From positions 3,906,001-3,970,000 of the forward strand of contig AP024664.1 of assembly GCA_024346625.1 (NCBI GenBank): a DNA stretch of 64,000 bases, in the 5' to 3' direction. A model generated the notes under the pieces. It was not told where the DNA came from, did not search any database, and saw only the letters and a list, made by a program, of their open reading frames with translations. The number at the start of each line of letters is the position of its first letter. Positions within the stretch are counted from its first letter, which is position 1. Positions 12,057 through 23,697 of the stretch are shown here, piece by piece. The DNA comes from Williopsis jadinii (Eukaryota). Position numbers and translations under genes: made by a program.

Positions 12057-13910
12057 TTATTCAACTTTAACAGTGGAATAGATCTTTCTGATGAAGAACA
12101 AGCTCGAAAGGAATCCAATAGAAGCTGTCAAGACGAAGACGAGGAAACTGATGAGCAAAGAATACCCTGTGTACAGCACAATGGTTGTGAACCCACCGAG
12201 CTGGAACTTAGTCAAGAGAATGGCATGGATGAAGACATAGACAGAACAGCCACCGGCAATGAACATAGATCTCCATTGCCAGTTATAATCCTCACTGCAC
12301 AACGTATAGTATGTCATCAAAATGGTCACAAGAGAAGTCGTCAAAACCATCAAGATGAAGCAGAAGAAGAGGAATCCAAACATATAGTAAACCTTGCTGA
12401 ACCACAAGGAAGAGTAGATGAAGTACATCTCAACAGCTAACGAGCCGAATGGGAAGAGACCAGCAATGGCTGCAACAAACCAAGTCTTGAAATACCAAGG
12501 CTTTGTTGGGATTTGTCTTGGAATTTGATTTGTACGAACTGGTTTACTCAAGTTTCCTCTCTTTAAACTGATCAGAGAACCGGCAATGGACAATGGTACA
12601 CTCATGACAAACCAGATGAGGATAATTGCGAGGAATGTGCCCGCTGGAATTGCACCAGAGGAATGGACACCAATGAGGAAGAAATTCAAGAAAGTCATCA
12701 CCAGCAAGATCACACCTGGAACAACAATTGGTGTAAGAATCATATTCAGCTTCCAGTCTGGACCTTCAAAGAATTTATATACACTTCCAGAGACGTAGGA
12801 TCCCACGCATCCAAAGAGAGCGTACAAGATAAACATAATCGTTGATAATGCGCCTCTATTTGAAGGTGACAAGAGACCAACCAATGCGAAACTCATTGTT
12901 GTGAAGGCCATAAAGAGAATCTGTACACCTGAACCGACGATAATCGAAAGGAACAAGAGGAAACGTGGTGATCTGAAAACGTCACCGTGAACCAACTTCC
13001 ATCCAGCCTCCTCTTGTAAGTCATCGTCCAAGCTGATCTCGTTATATCTTGAGATATCAGCCTGCAGAGCTCTGTACAAGATATGGACAATGACCAGAGA
13101 GAGACACACAACAATCAAGGAAAAGTTGATGAGAGCAAACCATTGGATCTTAGGATCGTACACGTGTAGATACTTGTCCCATCTTGTGGCCCACAAAGTC
13201 TCACTTGGGACCCATTTAACGTCGTAGGTGAATCTGACGTCTGTGTCCTCGTGAGGCAGCAACGTCACCGGAGATTGATCAGAGGTTGGACAGGAGTAAT
13301 CGCCACGAGACCAAGAATGAGGCTCAATGATGACACCCACAACACGGAACTCATCCTCACCACGCTGGTGGTACTCAATGTTGATGACAAAGTGGTTCAC
13401 AAGGTGCGGAACGTTCTTGTCATCGACGTAACCCATCTCAAACCCAGAACCGTAAAAGTAGTCATCTGTACGTTGGTCGTACAGAAGACGCGCAGCTGGC
13501 AGTCCATCGATCAGCCAGTTGTAGAAGAACTGACTCTTGATCAGCTTGTTGACGAATAACGAGTCCAAAGTTGGGAAATGAGCTGTGCACAGCTCTTTAC
13601 ACGTTTCATCCTTCAGCATCGTGATGTCAAAGGGAGAGTTGTAGATTCTGTCACCAAAGATGATCGAGCCCAGGGACTCCGGCTGCTTCTCCATATTCTC
13701 TGGACGACACAGGTGCAGCCTGTCATAGTAGTAGTCGTACGAATAACTGAACTCCTCCGTGTTATGCGAATCGTGGAACCCGCTTGGTGAGATATGGTTC
13801 ACCAACAATGGAACCTTGTCGCCAGCCTTGTAGGACGTTGGCGCTGTTCCTGGGAGGTAGAACGCTTGTGCCACAGTAGCAAGCAGTGGAATCAACAGTG
13901 ATGCCTTCAT
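12057..13910 (-). CDS. EMP70: Nonaspanin TM9SF endomembrane protein
   Basis: Signal peptide + FYLPG, ESLGSIIFGDRIYNSPF, GWKLVHGDVFR, nine TM segments, C-terminal KVE. Confidence 0.93.
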   Translation of the reverse strand: MKASLLIPLLATVAQAFYLPGTAPTSYKAGDKVPLLVNHISPSGFHDSHNTEEFSYSYDYYYDRLHLCRPENMEKQPESLGSIIFGDRIYNSPFDITMLKDETCKELCTAHFPTLDSLFVNKLIKSQFFYNWLIDGLPAARLLYDQRTDDYFYGSGFEMGYVDDKNVPHLVNHFVINIEYHQRGEDEFRVVGVIIEPHSWSRGDYSCPTSDQSPVTLLPHEDTDVRFTYDVKWVPSETLWATRWDKYLHVYDPKIQWFALINFSLIVVCLSLVIVHILYRALQADISRYNEISLDDDLQEEAGWKLVHGDVFRSPRFLLFLSIIVGSGVQILFMAFTTMSFALVGLLSPSNRGALSTIMFILYALFGCVGSYVSGSVYKFFEGPDWKLNMILTPIVVPGVILLVMTFLNFFLIGVHSSGAIPAGTFLAIILIWFVMSVPLSIAGSLISLKRGNLSKPVRTNQIPRQIPTKPWYFKTWFVAAIAGLFPFGSLAVEMYFIYSSLWFSKVYYMFGFLFFCFILMVLTTSLVTILMTYYTLCSEDYNWQWRSMFIAGGCSVYVFIHAILLTKFQLGGFTTIVLYTGYSLLISFLVFVLTASIGFLSSLFFIRKIYSTVKVE

Positions 13911-14066
13911 GGTGTTAGCAATTGAGCCCTGGAAATGGATATGGCTTCTAAGATCACCGTAAGCGTAGGTGCTGTCTCACTGAAGCGCTTTCCCGTTGTT
14001 GATTGGTCCACCGGTGCGTCCTTTGTACGCGCTGTTCCAAATTTTTCCTCCCACGCAGCCAAAGGG

Positions 14067-14163
14067 GGTGTCTGGGTGTTTCGCCCACGTGAATAGATAC
14101 CGTTCATGCACGTGATGTGAGGATAATTGGTTTGGCCAGCATGTTTTTAAACATCCAGACACC
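14067..14163. promoter_or_regulatory. Divergent EMP70/TRS85 promoter: two Rap1-type sites and two CACGTGA E-boxes
   Basis: GGTGTCTGGGTGT 14067-14079 and ACATCCAGACACC 14151-14163 fit RMAYCCRNNCAYY; CACGTGA at 14086 and 14109. Confidence 0.55.
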
Positions 14164-14269
14164 ACTGGCTTGGGGTGGCTTTTGTGTCCGCCGTTTCGGT
14201 GATTGGCTCTTGCACTTCTTCCTCCATTGTTTACTGGTGAGTGGATGAAGAGCAAAGCACAGGGCGGCA

Positions 14270-16186
14270 ATGGATTCCAATCTCTCTATCAACAATGTGC
14301 TGTTCTACCGAAGCACTGGGAGGGATGTGACGCCGTTGTTGCAGACGCTCAGCTGTGGCGAGGTTGGTGATAAGAGGAGCTCGGAAGAGTGTAAGAAGTT
14401 GATAGTGAGTGCGATGTCTCCTCAGGTCTGTGTGTATGCTTCTGAACAGGCTGATCAAGTGGCGACGAAGCTTCAGTTCCACTCTTTGCTTCAGCTGCTG
14501 AAGCCGTTTGGTGATAGGATTGAGCACAAATTCCAGATCAAGGACTCGCACTTCATCTCGAAGACCATAGATGAGTTCTCTCTGAGGTTTGTTCCACCTC
14601 TGGAGCACATGCTCAGTGTTCAACAGGCGGAAAGCGGTACGAAGGCCCAGCTGTTCAATTACCAGTCGCTGGAGCTACTGATGACGGAGTACATCCAGCT
14701 CGTCGACCTGGAATTGCAGAAGTGTGGGGCGGAGGATAAGCTGATGAAGCGGCTATTGAAGAAGTCGATATACGTGAAGTTCTTGACAAAGCTGCTGGCG
14801 AGCTCGTCGATCACGTCGTTCGAGTCGATCAACCAGCCTGTGGCCTCCTTCTTCTTCATAACTGGGGAGGAGAGCTATGAACAGGCCAGACAAATGCTGA
14901 TACAGTACAAGAGTGCAAAGTTGCCAGAGTATCTCAGCATTGACGATATCATCCCTGTTTTCATCATCATAACTGACCAAGCGAATGCTGACCAGCAGGA
15001 GAAATCTGCTCAGCTCCGTGAACATATTAAGAAACAGTTATTTGTGGAGGCCTTTGTGCTCTCGTTGGATCTCAATAGCAACGATGACAGCGTTCCATCG
15101 GTGGTGCTCAACCCTCCAATCTTGTGCACTGTCGATGAGGAACTACAAAATACGCATTTATCATCTACACCGAACCCTTCATTGCCAACTACTAATCTAA
15201 CAGCAATATATCAACTCCTGAAGGATGTAATACAGAAGAAGCTTATACCCTTTATGGAGAAGAAGATCACCACATGGGATGAGCAGGTTATTGTTCCTAG
15301 AAAGAGCATAACCGGTCGACTATTTAATGTTTCCAAGAAGTACTTTGGATCGAAAAGGGAGACTAATAATGAGCTCTCCGAGAACTATAACAGTGAATTG
15401 GGAATTTATAGGTATAACTCAACTCAAACGTTGACTAAGAAGTTGGCAGATTGGTCATTTATGTTGAGAGATTATAGATATTCATATACCACGTATGAAC
15501 TGGCTAAGAAGGATTTCCTTAACGATAAGGCATGGACTCATCTTGCATCTGCTTCTGAAATGGCTGCCATCTCCCTTTTGATGGGAGCTGCAAACATTAC
15601 ATCCAAACTGAAAAACGATACAATTGATCCCTTGATGGATAACTCGAATTATACTTATTTGGCAAGATGTGGACTGAAGACGTATGCATTGAGATCGATA
15701 TTGGTTGTGTCAGAGCTGTTTTGCAATTTGAGAGACACATGGTCGAATGCACCGACTGCAATCAAATGGGTACAGAAGGCATTGAACGATAAACTCGTAA
15801 CGAAGACTGGTAAAGTTGTTCTTCTGGAAAGAATCGGTTATTACTACTCGATCTGTATATCTGCTCAGGCTAAGGCAATAATGACAAGGAAACTTATCAC
15901 TGAAAAGTCACAAGATGAAATGAACGATGATGAAGATGTTGATTTTGTGAACCCTTTGAAACTCAACATCAGAAACATCGCCACGATGGGTAATACAAGA
16001 CAAAGGAAGAGTGCACTGTTCAAGCTTATCGCTGCTCGCAATTGGGATCCAGTCTCTGAGCCGTTACAAGTGCTCATGTGCTTACAAGATACAAAGACAG
16101 TCTATCAAGGAACAGTCATTGGTGAACGAGAAGGCGGTCTCTTAAAAAGACTCCAGGTGGCATCAGAGGATAAACTATCCATGTGA
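14270..16186 (+). CDS. TRS85: TRAPP III subunit Trs85
   Basis: LLKPFG, LIPFMEKKITTWDEQV..PRKSITGRLF, KLADWSFMLRDY, KKDFLNDKAW motifs. Confidence 0.9.
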   Translation: MDSNLSINNVLFYRSTGRDVTPLLQTLSCGEVGDKRSSEECKKLIVSAMSPQVCVYASEQADQVATKLQFHSLLQLLKPFGDRIEHKFQIKDSHFISKTIDEFSLRFVPPLEHMLSVQQAESGTKAQLFNYQSLELLMTEYIQLVDLELQKCGAEDKLMKRLLKKSIYVKFLTKLLASSSITSFESINQPVASFFFITGEESYEQARQMLIQYKSAKLPEYLSIDDIIPVFIIITDQANADQQEKSAQLREHIKKQLFVEAFVLSLDLNSNDDSVPSVVLNPPILCTVDEELQNTHLSSTPNPSLPTTNLTAIYQLLKDVIQKKLIPFMEKKITTWDEQVIVPRKSITGRLFNVSKKYFGSKRETNNELSENYNSELGIYRYNSTQTLTKKLADWSFMLRDYRYSYTTYELAKKDFLNDKAWTHLASASEMAAISLLMGAANITSKLKNDTIDPLMDNSNYTYLARCGLKTYALRSILVVSELFCNLRDTWSNAPTAIKWVQKALNDKLVTKTGKVVLLERIGYYYSICISAQAKAIMTRKLITEKSQDEMNDDEDVDFVNPLKLNIRNIATMGNTRQRKSALFKLIAARNWDPVSEPLQVLMCLQDTKTVYQGTVIGEREGGLLKRLQVASEDKLSM

Positions 16187-16299
16187 TTCTTAAAACGATC
16201 TGATATAGAATTAAAAAAGAATCGGCATTAGTTTTATGAAATTGTCCAGTAATACATCATACATATTGTCACAGGTGAATGAAACTATTAGGTGGTCAC

Positions 16300-19200
16300 T
16301 CATACATGTTTGAAGAGATTTTCCGGTGGAACTGTTTCCAACATCTCTGTTTCATTAACTCTTGGTTCGATAGGCATATATTCTTGTTCTCTCTTTCTGA
16401 ACAAAAAGATTGCACCGATGCTACCAAGAAGACCTATAGTTCCAACGGCACAAGCAAGACCAACAAGAGCTATAAATCCCCTGTCCATCTTACCTGATGA
16501 GTTCCTTTCTGAGCTTGTTGAAGACGTTGGTGATGGAACAGCAGAACTTGTGGTTTCTGGGCGTGTTGAATTGGTGAGGGTTCCAGATATAAACAGGTTG
16601 GAAATATCCTTATTCAAGTATATTGAGTTAATGGTAGCTGTGGACTGGCCTGCTGTAACAACCACGTATGGAATCCACGATGTAGAATTGAACAGCGCCA
16701 TGTTGGCATATCCATACTCCCCAATGGTAAAGTTACCGGACGCCATCAGAATTTGAGATGAGTTGAAATAAGATCCGTCGTTTGCACTATTTGTCTCTGA
16801 AAGTTCCAATAATGCAATATCAGTAATGGTTCCATCCAAGTCTCCGGTGATGTTTACCCAAGATGAGCCATCAAACGCAGATATGAAGGAGTCACTAGCG
16901 ACAATGATTCTACCCGAGAGAGAATCATCCACGAGAATAAAAGTATTCACTGAAGACTCAACTTCACTGAAGTGCACAGGCTGTTCCTGTGTGGTCAAGT
17001 TAAAGTCATACGTGAAAAGGTGAAGGGTCTCGCCGTTGAAATCAAGATCACCACACGCAACAAGAGTGTTATTCACAAACCTGAAGTGATTCACAGTACC
17101 AGACAAGTCAGAGATAAGCTGAGTCCAAGAGGTTTCATTCATGTTGTAGAAACAGAATCCAGAACAATCGGTACCATCTGCTGAATCAAAGGACCCTCCA
17201 ACAACAAGGTAGGTGTTGTTGAAAATTCCAAGGCCATTAACCACCACAGTTCCTGCCGAGTTGGATAGCGAGCCAGCAGATTCAAAAGTATCATTGTTGA
17301 GGTTGTATATCAATAAGCCATCGAAATCATTATCAGCAACAGAGCCTGATCCTTGAGTGCCGATGAACAACCGATCTTGGTAATGGAACAAAGACGTCAC
17401 AGTCGAGTTGTCCTCCCAATTGATATCCAATCCATCAGTGGAGCCTTGTGTAGCCAGAATCAGATTGGAGATGTCATTACTAGTGACAAACTGGCCACCA
17501 TAAGCAGCCAATGACTCGTTGATGAAGAGACCAGTTACGAATGAGCTGTGTGTGAGTGTATCATTGGTAACATTCATAACATTTCCATCAGAATTCATCA
17601 ATACACCCATGTTGCCATTATTTTGAGAAGTCGCTAAAGAACCAGTAAACAGCGTCACATTGGAAGAGCTCGATGCTGCTGTTGAATTGAAAGATAACAA
17701 ATTGGTATTTATATACCAAGATTCCTCTCCAAGATCCCAGGTCTCGTTTTCAAAGAGCCAATAATCTTCACCAAACAGGCTCAGATAGGCAAATGAAGTA
17801 CCAACGTCGGATCCAAAAGAGTACCATTCACCATTGAAAAAGGCAGATCCACTAAGAGAATCGTTCTGTGAGGATAAGATTGACACGTCTGTCTGGTTGT
17901 TCATGCTGTCAAATTCACCCAGAAGAACCAAGTAGTTGTCAGCAGTTGTGAGACTCAGAACTGGACCATTCAATCCACCATCGAAGGAGGATGGAGTCAA
18001 ATCTTCATCACTATCGATATCCACTCTAAAAAGATTATCACCATAGTCAGATTGGAAGTCACCAGCAACATAAAGAGTATCATCTAGTAGTGCTAGCTGG
18101 ATTGAGGCATCCGAAGATATGTTTGAGCCCAATGAGTTGAGCGTAGTGTTCCCCACTAATATCGTCTCTGATAAGTTGGCAGCATTGAAGTTGGTAAAAT
18201 TGCTTGGAGAGTATTCAAAGATGCCATTGATTGGAATCGACCCGTTAGTTGACTGAAGAGTATCAGCTGAGAAGATGTTGGTGGTGATTCTATCAGCAAC
18301 AACAGTAACTTCGGTCGTTGACGAGCCAGCAACAGCAGAGTATAACACCATGTCAACTCTAACAGCATTGTCTAAATGACCATAGAAGATTGAATCGTAT
18401 TTCTCCTCTTGGTTAGTCTGATATATGAGGTGTGATTCCAATACTTCATCAAGCGCAATATCAACAACAGTGACATTCACGATACCTCTTGTATCACAGG
18501 TATTATCCTGAGCACATCCCGGTGTATACATCAGTATCGAATAATCGCCGGCATATGTAATGTTTGGAAGGAATGTCACGCCAACGTCTGGGATCTCATC
18601 AGATATTTGAACTGTGGTTTCCATGTAGGACCCCACAACATCCCACGAACCTGTCAGTTCGGACTGCGAGTATCTGACTGTGGAATCACAGGATGGATCA
18701 TTGAGCACATCATACGCATATGTTGGGAATATGGATTGGTAAATCTCGAACCCAGCAAGTGCTATAGCATCACCATATGATTCCAAGGCCTGGAAATTCA
18801 ACAGGTCAACATCAAGTGAGTTAACAAACGCAAACTCCTGGTAGGATTGACTCCAACTGATGGTGGAGTCTCCATATTCAGCAACACGATCAATACTATC
18901 ACTATCATCATATGCAGAAACCAGCTCACTACTTGAGAGAAGCGGACACCAAGCATCACAGAAGCTCAATTCGCCAGTCTGTGGATCAACGTATGTCAAG
19001 TTCATGATACCATTTGTAGGCGATGTGATTAGACGAAACATGCTAATTTCATAATTCACATTCGCAGAGTTATAGATTCTCAACTTGGATGGAATCACTG
19101 TGAATGGCAGTTGAATGTTAAGGGTTGCCGAGCTTCCACTCACTGTCCATTCTTCACCGGCTGGACATATAAGAACTTCTGGGTTGGAAGAACCATCTGA

Positions 19201-19917
19201 TGATGACAGATTTGCATGTCGTAGACTCACAATCTGATCAGTCTCTATGGTGCTATTAGTCTCGTTAAAAGACTGTGATATGAGCTCGGGAAGTCCCAAG
19301 GTGTTGAATTGACCTCCAAATACAATGTTTGAGCCAATTTTCACTATGGAATTCACAACAGAATCATCACCAAACCCATCAAACAAGGTACTCTGAAGTT
19401 TGCCAGATGTCAGGTTATATATTGCAGCACTGTACGAGTTGTTGAAGGAGAAATCACCACCTATATACACGACGCTTTCGTCGTCATTGAGCAGAACTGC
19501 GTTGATGTCGGTGATGTTTCCCAGGTGTATGAATTCATTCGTCGTCACGTTGTATATCGATGGACTTGGAGTGCTCCTAGTTCCTATACTCTCAAAGTCT
19601 CCCACAAGGAGGAAACTATCGTTGGAAAAGGGGAATATCCTCGAGACAGTTCCATGGATTTGTCCTAACGTGATAAACTGCTCGTTCGAACCTTCTGTGT
19701 AGTATAGTTGGTTCCGCAAGCCATTCTGGTTGGTGAAATTCGATATACCAAGATAGCTATACGGAGTGATGGAGTCAAAGTTCCCCAGTATGCCAAATTC
19801 TGCATCATTAAACGATTCGAGGTTCAGTGAAGGTTGTGTCACGCCTTGGAAGTCAAGCTGCTGGCCCATTGCTTTCACGAGCACGGTGGCCAGTGATGAT
19901 AGCCATAGCGTATTCAT
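16300..19917 (-). CDS. RAX2: Bud-site selection protein Rax2
   Basis: 1205 aa; signal peptide, PSKLRIYN, NGIMNLTYVDP..CDAWCPL, YTPGC..D.TC..RG, C-terminal TM and EPRVNE.EML..VPPE. Confidence 0.93.
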   Translation of the reverse strand: MNTLWLSSLATVLVKAMGQQLDFQGVTQPSLNLESFNDAEFGILGNFDSITPYSYLGISNFTNQNGLRNQLYYTEGSNEQFITLGQIHGTVSRIFPFSNDSFLLVGDFESIGTRSTPSPSIYNVTTNEFIHLGNITDINAVLLNDDESVVYIGGDFSFNNSYSAAIYNLTSGKLQSTLFDGFGDDSVVNSIVKIGSNIVFGGQFNTLGLPELISQSFNETNSTIETDQIVSLRHANLSSSDGSSNPEVLICPAGEEWTVSGSSATLNIQLPFTVIPSKLRIYNSANVNYEISMFRLITSPTNGIMNLTYVDPQTGELSFCDAWCPLLSSSELVSAYDDSDSIDRVAEYGDSTISWSQSYQEFAFVNSLDVDLLNFQALESYGDAIALAGFEIYQSIFPTYAYDVLNDPSCDSTVRYSQSELTGSWDVVGSYMETTVQISDEIPDVGVTFLPNITYAGDYSILMYTPGCAQDNTCDTRGIVNVTVVDIALDEVLESHLIYQTNQEEKYDSIFYGHLDNAVRVDMVLYSAVAGSSTTEVTVVADRITTNIFSADTLQSTNGSIPINGIFEYSPSNFTNFNAANLSETILVGNTTLNSLGSNISSDASIQLALLDDTLYVAGDFQSDYGDNLFRVDIDSDEDLTPSSFDGGLNGPVLSLTTADNYLVLLGEFDSMNNQTDVSILSSQNDSLSGSAFFNGEWYSFGSDVGTSFAYLSLFGEDYWLFENETWDLGEESWYINTNLLSFNSTAASSSSNVTLFTGSLATSQNNGNMGVLMNSDGNVMNVTNDTLTHSSFVTGLFINESLAAYGGQFVTSNDISNLILATQGSTDGLDINWEDNSTVTSLFHYQDRLFIGTQGSGSVADNDFDGLLIYNLNNDTFESAGSLSNSAGTVVVNGLGIFNNTYLVVGGSFDSADGTDCSGFCFYNMNETSWTQLISDLSGTVNHFRFVNNTLVACGDLDFNGETLHLFTYDFNLTTQEQPVHFSEVESSVNTFILVDDSLSGRIIVASDSFISAFDGSSWVNITGDLDGTITDIALLELSETNSANDGSYFNSSQILMASGNFTIGEYGYANMALFNSTSWIPYVVVTAGQSTATINSIYLNKDISNLFISGTLTNSTRPETTSSAVPSPTSSTSSERNSSGKMDRGFIALVGLACAVGTIGLLGSIGAIFLFRKREQEYMPIEPRVNETEMLETVPPENLFKHV

Positions 19918-21490
19918 CTTGCTCAGTCAATAGTATGCCCTGTGTTTGAGTTCCCAGTGGTCTAACAGATCCTCTGGGGGAATGGTTTCAAATACAGTGC
20001 ACCTCCAGTGAGTCTTATTCTCAATGAGCTCTTCCTTGAGATGGTATTCCACTTCCAGCTCGCCCCTTATATATGAATAGAGCCTCTTCTCCGATTGGAA
20101 TGCTCAAAATGTGAGACACAATTATGGCTGCAGCGAAGCAAATGTATCCACAAATGGTTGTTGGAGAAACGGTGAATTCTGTTGTTTCCTTTTCCCTTTT
20201 CGGCTCTCAGAGATGTTGAGTTGTATACAAAGATCAAAAGGGTTTGCTGAAATGCGTACGACTCCAAATCTTTTAATACCTTTTCCTGATGAGAGGAATT
20301 GTCTGATCGAATTCCAATTTTGGTTGTGTTACTCGAAAACGAGGGCAGAACGAAAGAAAAAAAAACCAACCGTGGCAACGGCGTTTTCATTTTTCTCTTT
20401 TTAGGCACTGTTGTCTCAGAAACTATAACACTTTTGCAGTATTTACTTTTTACTTAAAACGGCAATACGGGAAGAACGTCACATTTTCGTCGCTGAGGTT
20501 TTCGCATCAATTGGTGTTTGGATGTATTTTGGCATGTTGGCCCCCCACCGCTTCCCTCCACCGCTGGCGAACTATGCTATACTCAAGGGGGATTCAACTA
20601 GTTTTAATAGTGGAAGGAGTGTGAATAAGGTTGAATGTTAATGTTGAGAATGTACTGTTTGGAATGTATTTATGAGAAACACTTCTTGAAGTAGTACTTT
20701 TGTTGATTTTAACCAGAAGAAAAGGTATGTTCGTTGGGTAGTGTAGAAAGTTAATAAGGGAATATTGTAAAAAATGCCATATGGGAAAAAAATATTGTGT
20801 GGTTCTTATTAGACAATAAATCAATAGGAAATTAGTCTTTAATCATTGTCAAGGTGTATACATCTATTTATATCTCTTTGATGAAGCACGGATTATTGTC
20901 TGGAGGTCAAGAATATTAATATTAAAGTGCTGGGTATCAGTCCGCAGTAGTTATTGTTGAAAGCTCATTCAGAGCTGTAACAATCATGTGAGACTTTAAA
21001 ATTTGCATATATTACAAGAAGTAGAGTTCCAACCTCTGAAGAAGAGCTCACACGTGGTAATTTGGTGATCTAAGTTTGGCAAGACTAATACATAGGAGGC
21101 GACTGTAAATTCCCGAAATTAGAGCACAGTGGGAATGCGAATGTGCACCAAGCCCTACAAAGGTCAATTCACTGAAATGGTCATCATGATCCAACCTTGT
21201 TTGACAATGACAGCAAATTTACCAGCAACACTCCAGCGCTTTTGCAACTCTGGGGCTACAAACGAATACATTTTTTTATGAAGTCCTTCAGAATTCCTCT
21301 GATCATCAAGCCAACTTCCCACTTCCCGCGTGGTTTACACGCTTTTGAGTGAAGAGAAGATCCAAACACATATGGGCGTGTAATTAATGTTGTGTTGAAG
21401 CTGGATTCTCGTATCCAGGAAACGTCCATCGACATCGTAGTACATTTTGATATTCCTTGTTCATTCATGTGCTGCAGTGGTACCCGCCAG

Positions 21491-21504
21491 AAAAAAAAAA
21501 CAAA
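21491..21504 (-). terminator. RNA polymerase III T-tract terminator of the split tRNA-Ile gene
   Basis: TTTGTTTTTTTTTT directly after ...AGGGACCA on the minus strand. Confidence 0.8.
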
Positions 21505-21528
21505 TGGTCCCTAGCAGGATCGAACTGC
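21505..21528 (-). tRNA. 3' part of interrupted tRNA-Ile(AAT): T-arm/B-box and 3' acceptor strand
   Basis: Minus strand GCAGTTCGATCCTGCTAGGGACCA; AGGGACC pairs perfectly with GGTCCCT at 24039-24045. Confidence 0.92.
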
Positions 21529-21548
21529 CACTAGGACCGAGAAAAACA

Positions 21549-21588
21549 CGATTGTGGAATTCCGAAATATTTCGGAATTCCACAATCG
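21549..21588. repeat. Perfect 40-bp palindrome
   Basis: CGATTGTGGAATTCCGAAAT|ATTTCGGAATTCCACAATCG. Confidence 0.97.
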
Positions 21589-22469
21589 AGTTTCATGTTG
21601 TGCATATAGCTGCAGAGCGTGCATATCAGCAAAGTTGGACTCAAACCGGCATGGGACTAGAGTTGGATAGTGCTCCAACCAAATTCGAGATTATGATTGA
21701 TTATATAATAAATTCGGAATTAGTTATAATTACATAATAATTAAATTTTTGATATTTTTATTATTTTAATTTTCGTTTTATGAAATTGGCAAAAATTCCA
21801 AATTTGGAATGCAATGCATGCAGTAAAATGCGGAAATTATTTTTTGCAAAAATAGCAAAAATAAAATCCAAATATAGAAAAAGCTAAGCAAACTTGAAAT
21901 GGAAAGAAACCCCGAAATGAAATGAAAGCCTGAAATGAAAAGGATAAACTTACCAGAAACTTACCGGAAACCAACCAATGTCACGTTACCAACGAAATAA
22001 AACAAAATGGATCATGCTAATAAGCCAATTCGAGAGAAAGAACGACAAGGGATATCAGACCAGTGTAATGGCGATCATGTGAAGGCACCCAGCAACCATC
22101 TGTTATCATTTGTATAAGTGTGTTAGTAGTGTTCATCTTCCAATCCCCCATCCCTTATCCTCAATTCAACATACCTAGTAACTCGTTTGATCAGTAGCTT
22201 TTCTGCTTCTCCCAGACCAATCATTGCCTTCAATTTTCGTTAGTGGTAGAGGTGACTCTTCGTGGTAAGAACAGGTGTTCCTTGAGTCGAATGTACTGGT
22301 TGAGTACATACAACCAAGTACTATAGGATGATAGCATCAAGCATGCTTAATTGTTTCAAGCCAAAGCTCCTTGAAGTAAACTTGTTCCCATGGAGTGATT
22401 AGAAGGAAGGCAGGGAAAACATTTATGAAAGATTGGGAGCTACTTTTATACCCTTTGGCTACGGAGGAC

Positions 22470-22527
22470 AGGTGGGTATGGCGACTTAGGTGGGTATGGC
22501 AACTAAGGTGGGTATGGCGACTTAGGT
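22470..22527 (+). repeat. 18-bp minisatellite (AGGTGGGTATGGCGACTT) x3 inside the element
   Basis: Three copies, the middle one with 2 mismatches. Confidence 0.92.
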
Positions 22528-23697
22528 AGCATCGTCCAATCAATCGTTTACTTACTTCAATGTTTACCTGTTTACGAAGGTTTGTTTACAAATTGTACAT
22601 TTTAGGAACCTGTTTTAGGCCATCTATGCGCCTTTTTAGGACATTCCGTCGATCCATGCAGCAAGGCGTTCCCAATTGGGTTGTCTGAAAGCTAGAACAT
22701 CATAGCGAATCACCGTACCGAAGCCGCTACAGATCAACTTGTTAAACGTAATATCCTAGACCGTCTTATAGCTTTGAATCTATCAGTGATAGTTCAGAAC
22801 CATTGAAGAACTTGATGGGCTTTAATTTAGCTCCTTAGCTGGGTGCTTTTATTGCTTGTTTTGAGCATTTTACAACACAAATAGCTCTTTAACTTTTCTG
22901 ATATATAATGGACGTGTTTTTCTTAAGTAAATATTCAAATCTCGCCAAACAAAATTCTTAAAAGATAAAACCAAATCTAACTTTAGTATACTATAGACCA
23001 CGAGTTTAGTGTTTAATGCATTAACTGTGTCAGTTTATTGTTACAATGTCTTCTTTAAAGAGGAACAAGTAGACTATTATGTGTTGAGTGAGAGATTCCG
23101 CAGCTGCCCCTACCACTTAGTTTTTTCGCAAAATCGTAGTTTACAGTGTATATACACTACTGTGCACTCCTATTTACATAGTGACAGAGACTTCTCCTTA
23201 TGTGATCAGGGATTACAAGACGGGCCCTTGCAGGATTCCAACCTCCATGGAGGATTACTATTTCATAGTGAGTGTGAACCAACAGATCCAAAGAGTGGCT
23301 TCATTCAAATTCAGATGTCTAACTTCAATCAGTTCGAGTTCATGGCTCACAATGAATTATAACTAGTTAAGATATCGCTTCTCGCAGCTTATATAGTTTA
23401 CAAGTCTAATGCGCTTATTGCTCGACAAACATCTCAGATTCATGTAGATATCGCTCAGGTATGGCTTTCTAAGCATAATTACATGTCTCGAAGCTGTTAC
23501 TCAATGTGTTTCCTATGTATTTACACTGGTGACTTGTCTTTAATAGAAATCAACGGAGCCGTTGTGGTAACCACCGCCCGTACTTAAAAAGAATATTTGG
23601 CCCCTCATGGTTGTGAGCCTTGAAGAAAATCTATCAAACAGGTCTGGAAAGTCCGAAATCCAGTTGCGAGTCTGTGGTTTTCACCTTTCTGACCTTG

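Noticed and set aside
22470..22527. 18-bp repeats as a CRISPR-like array
   Set aside because: Head-to-tail copies with no spacers, in a eukaryotic context.
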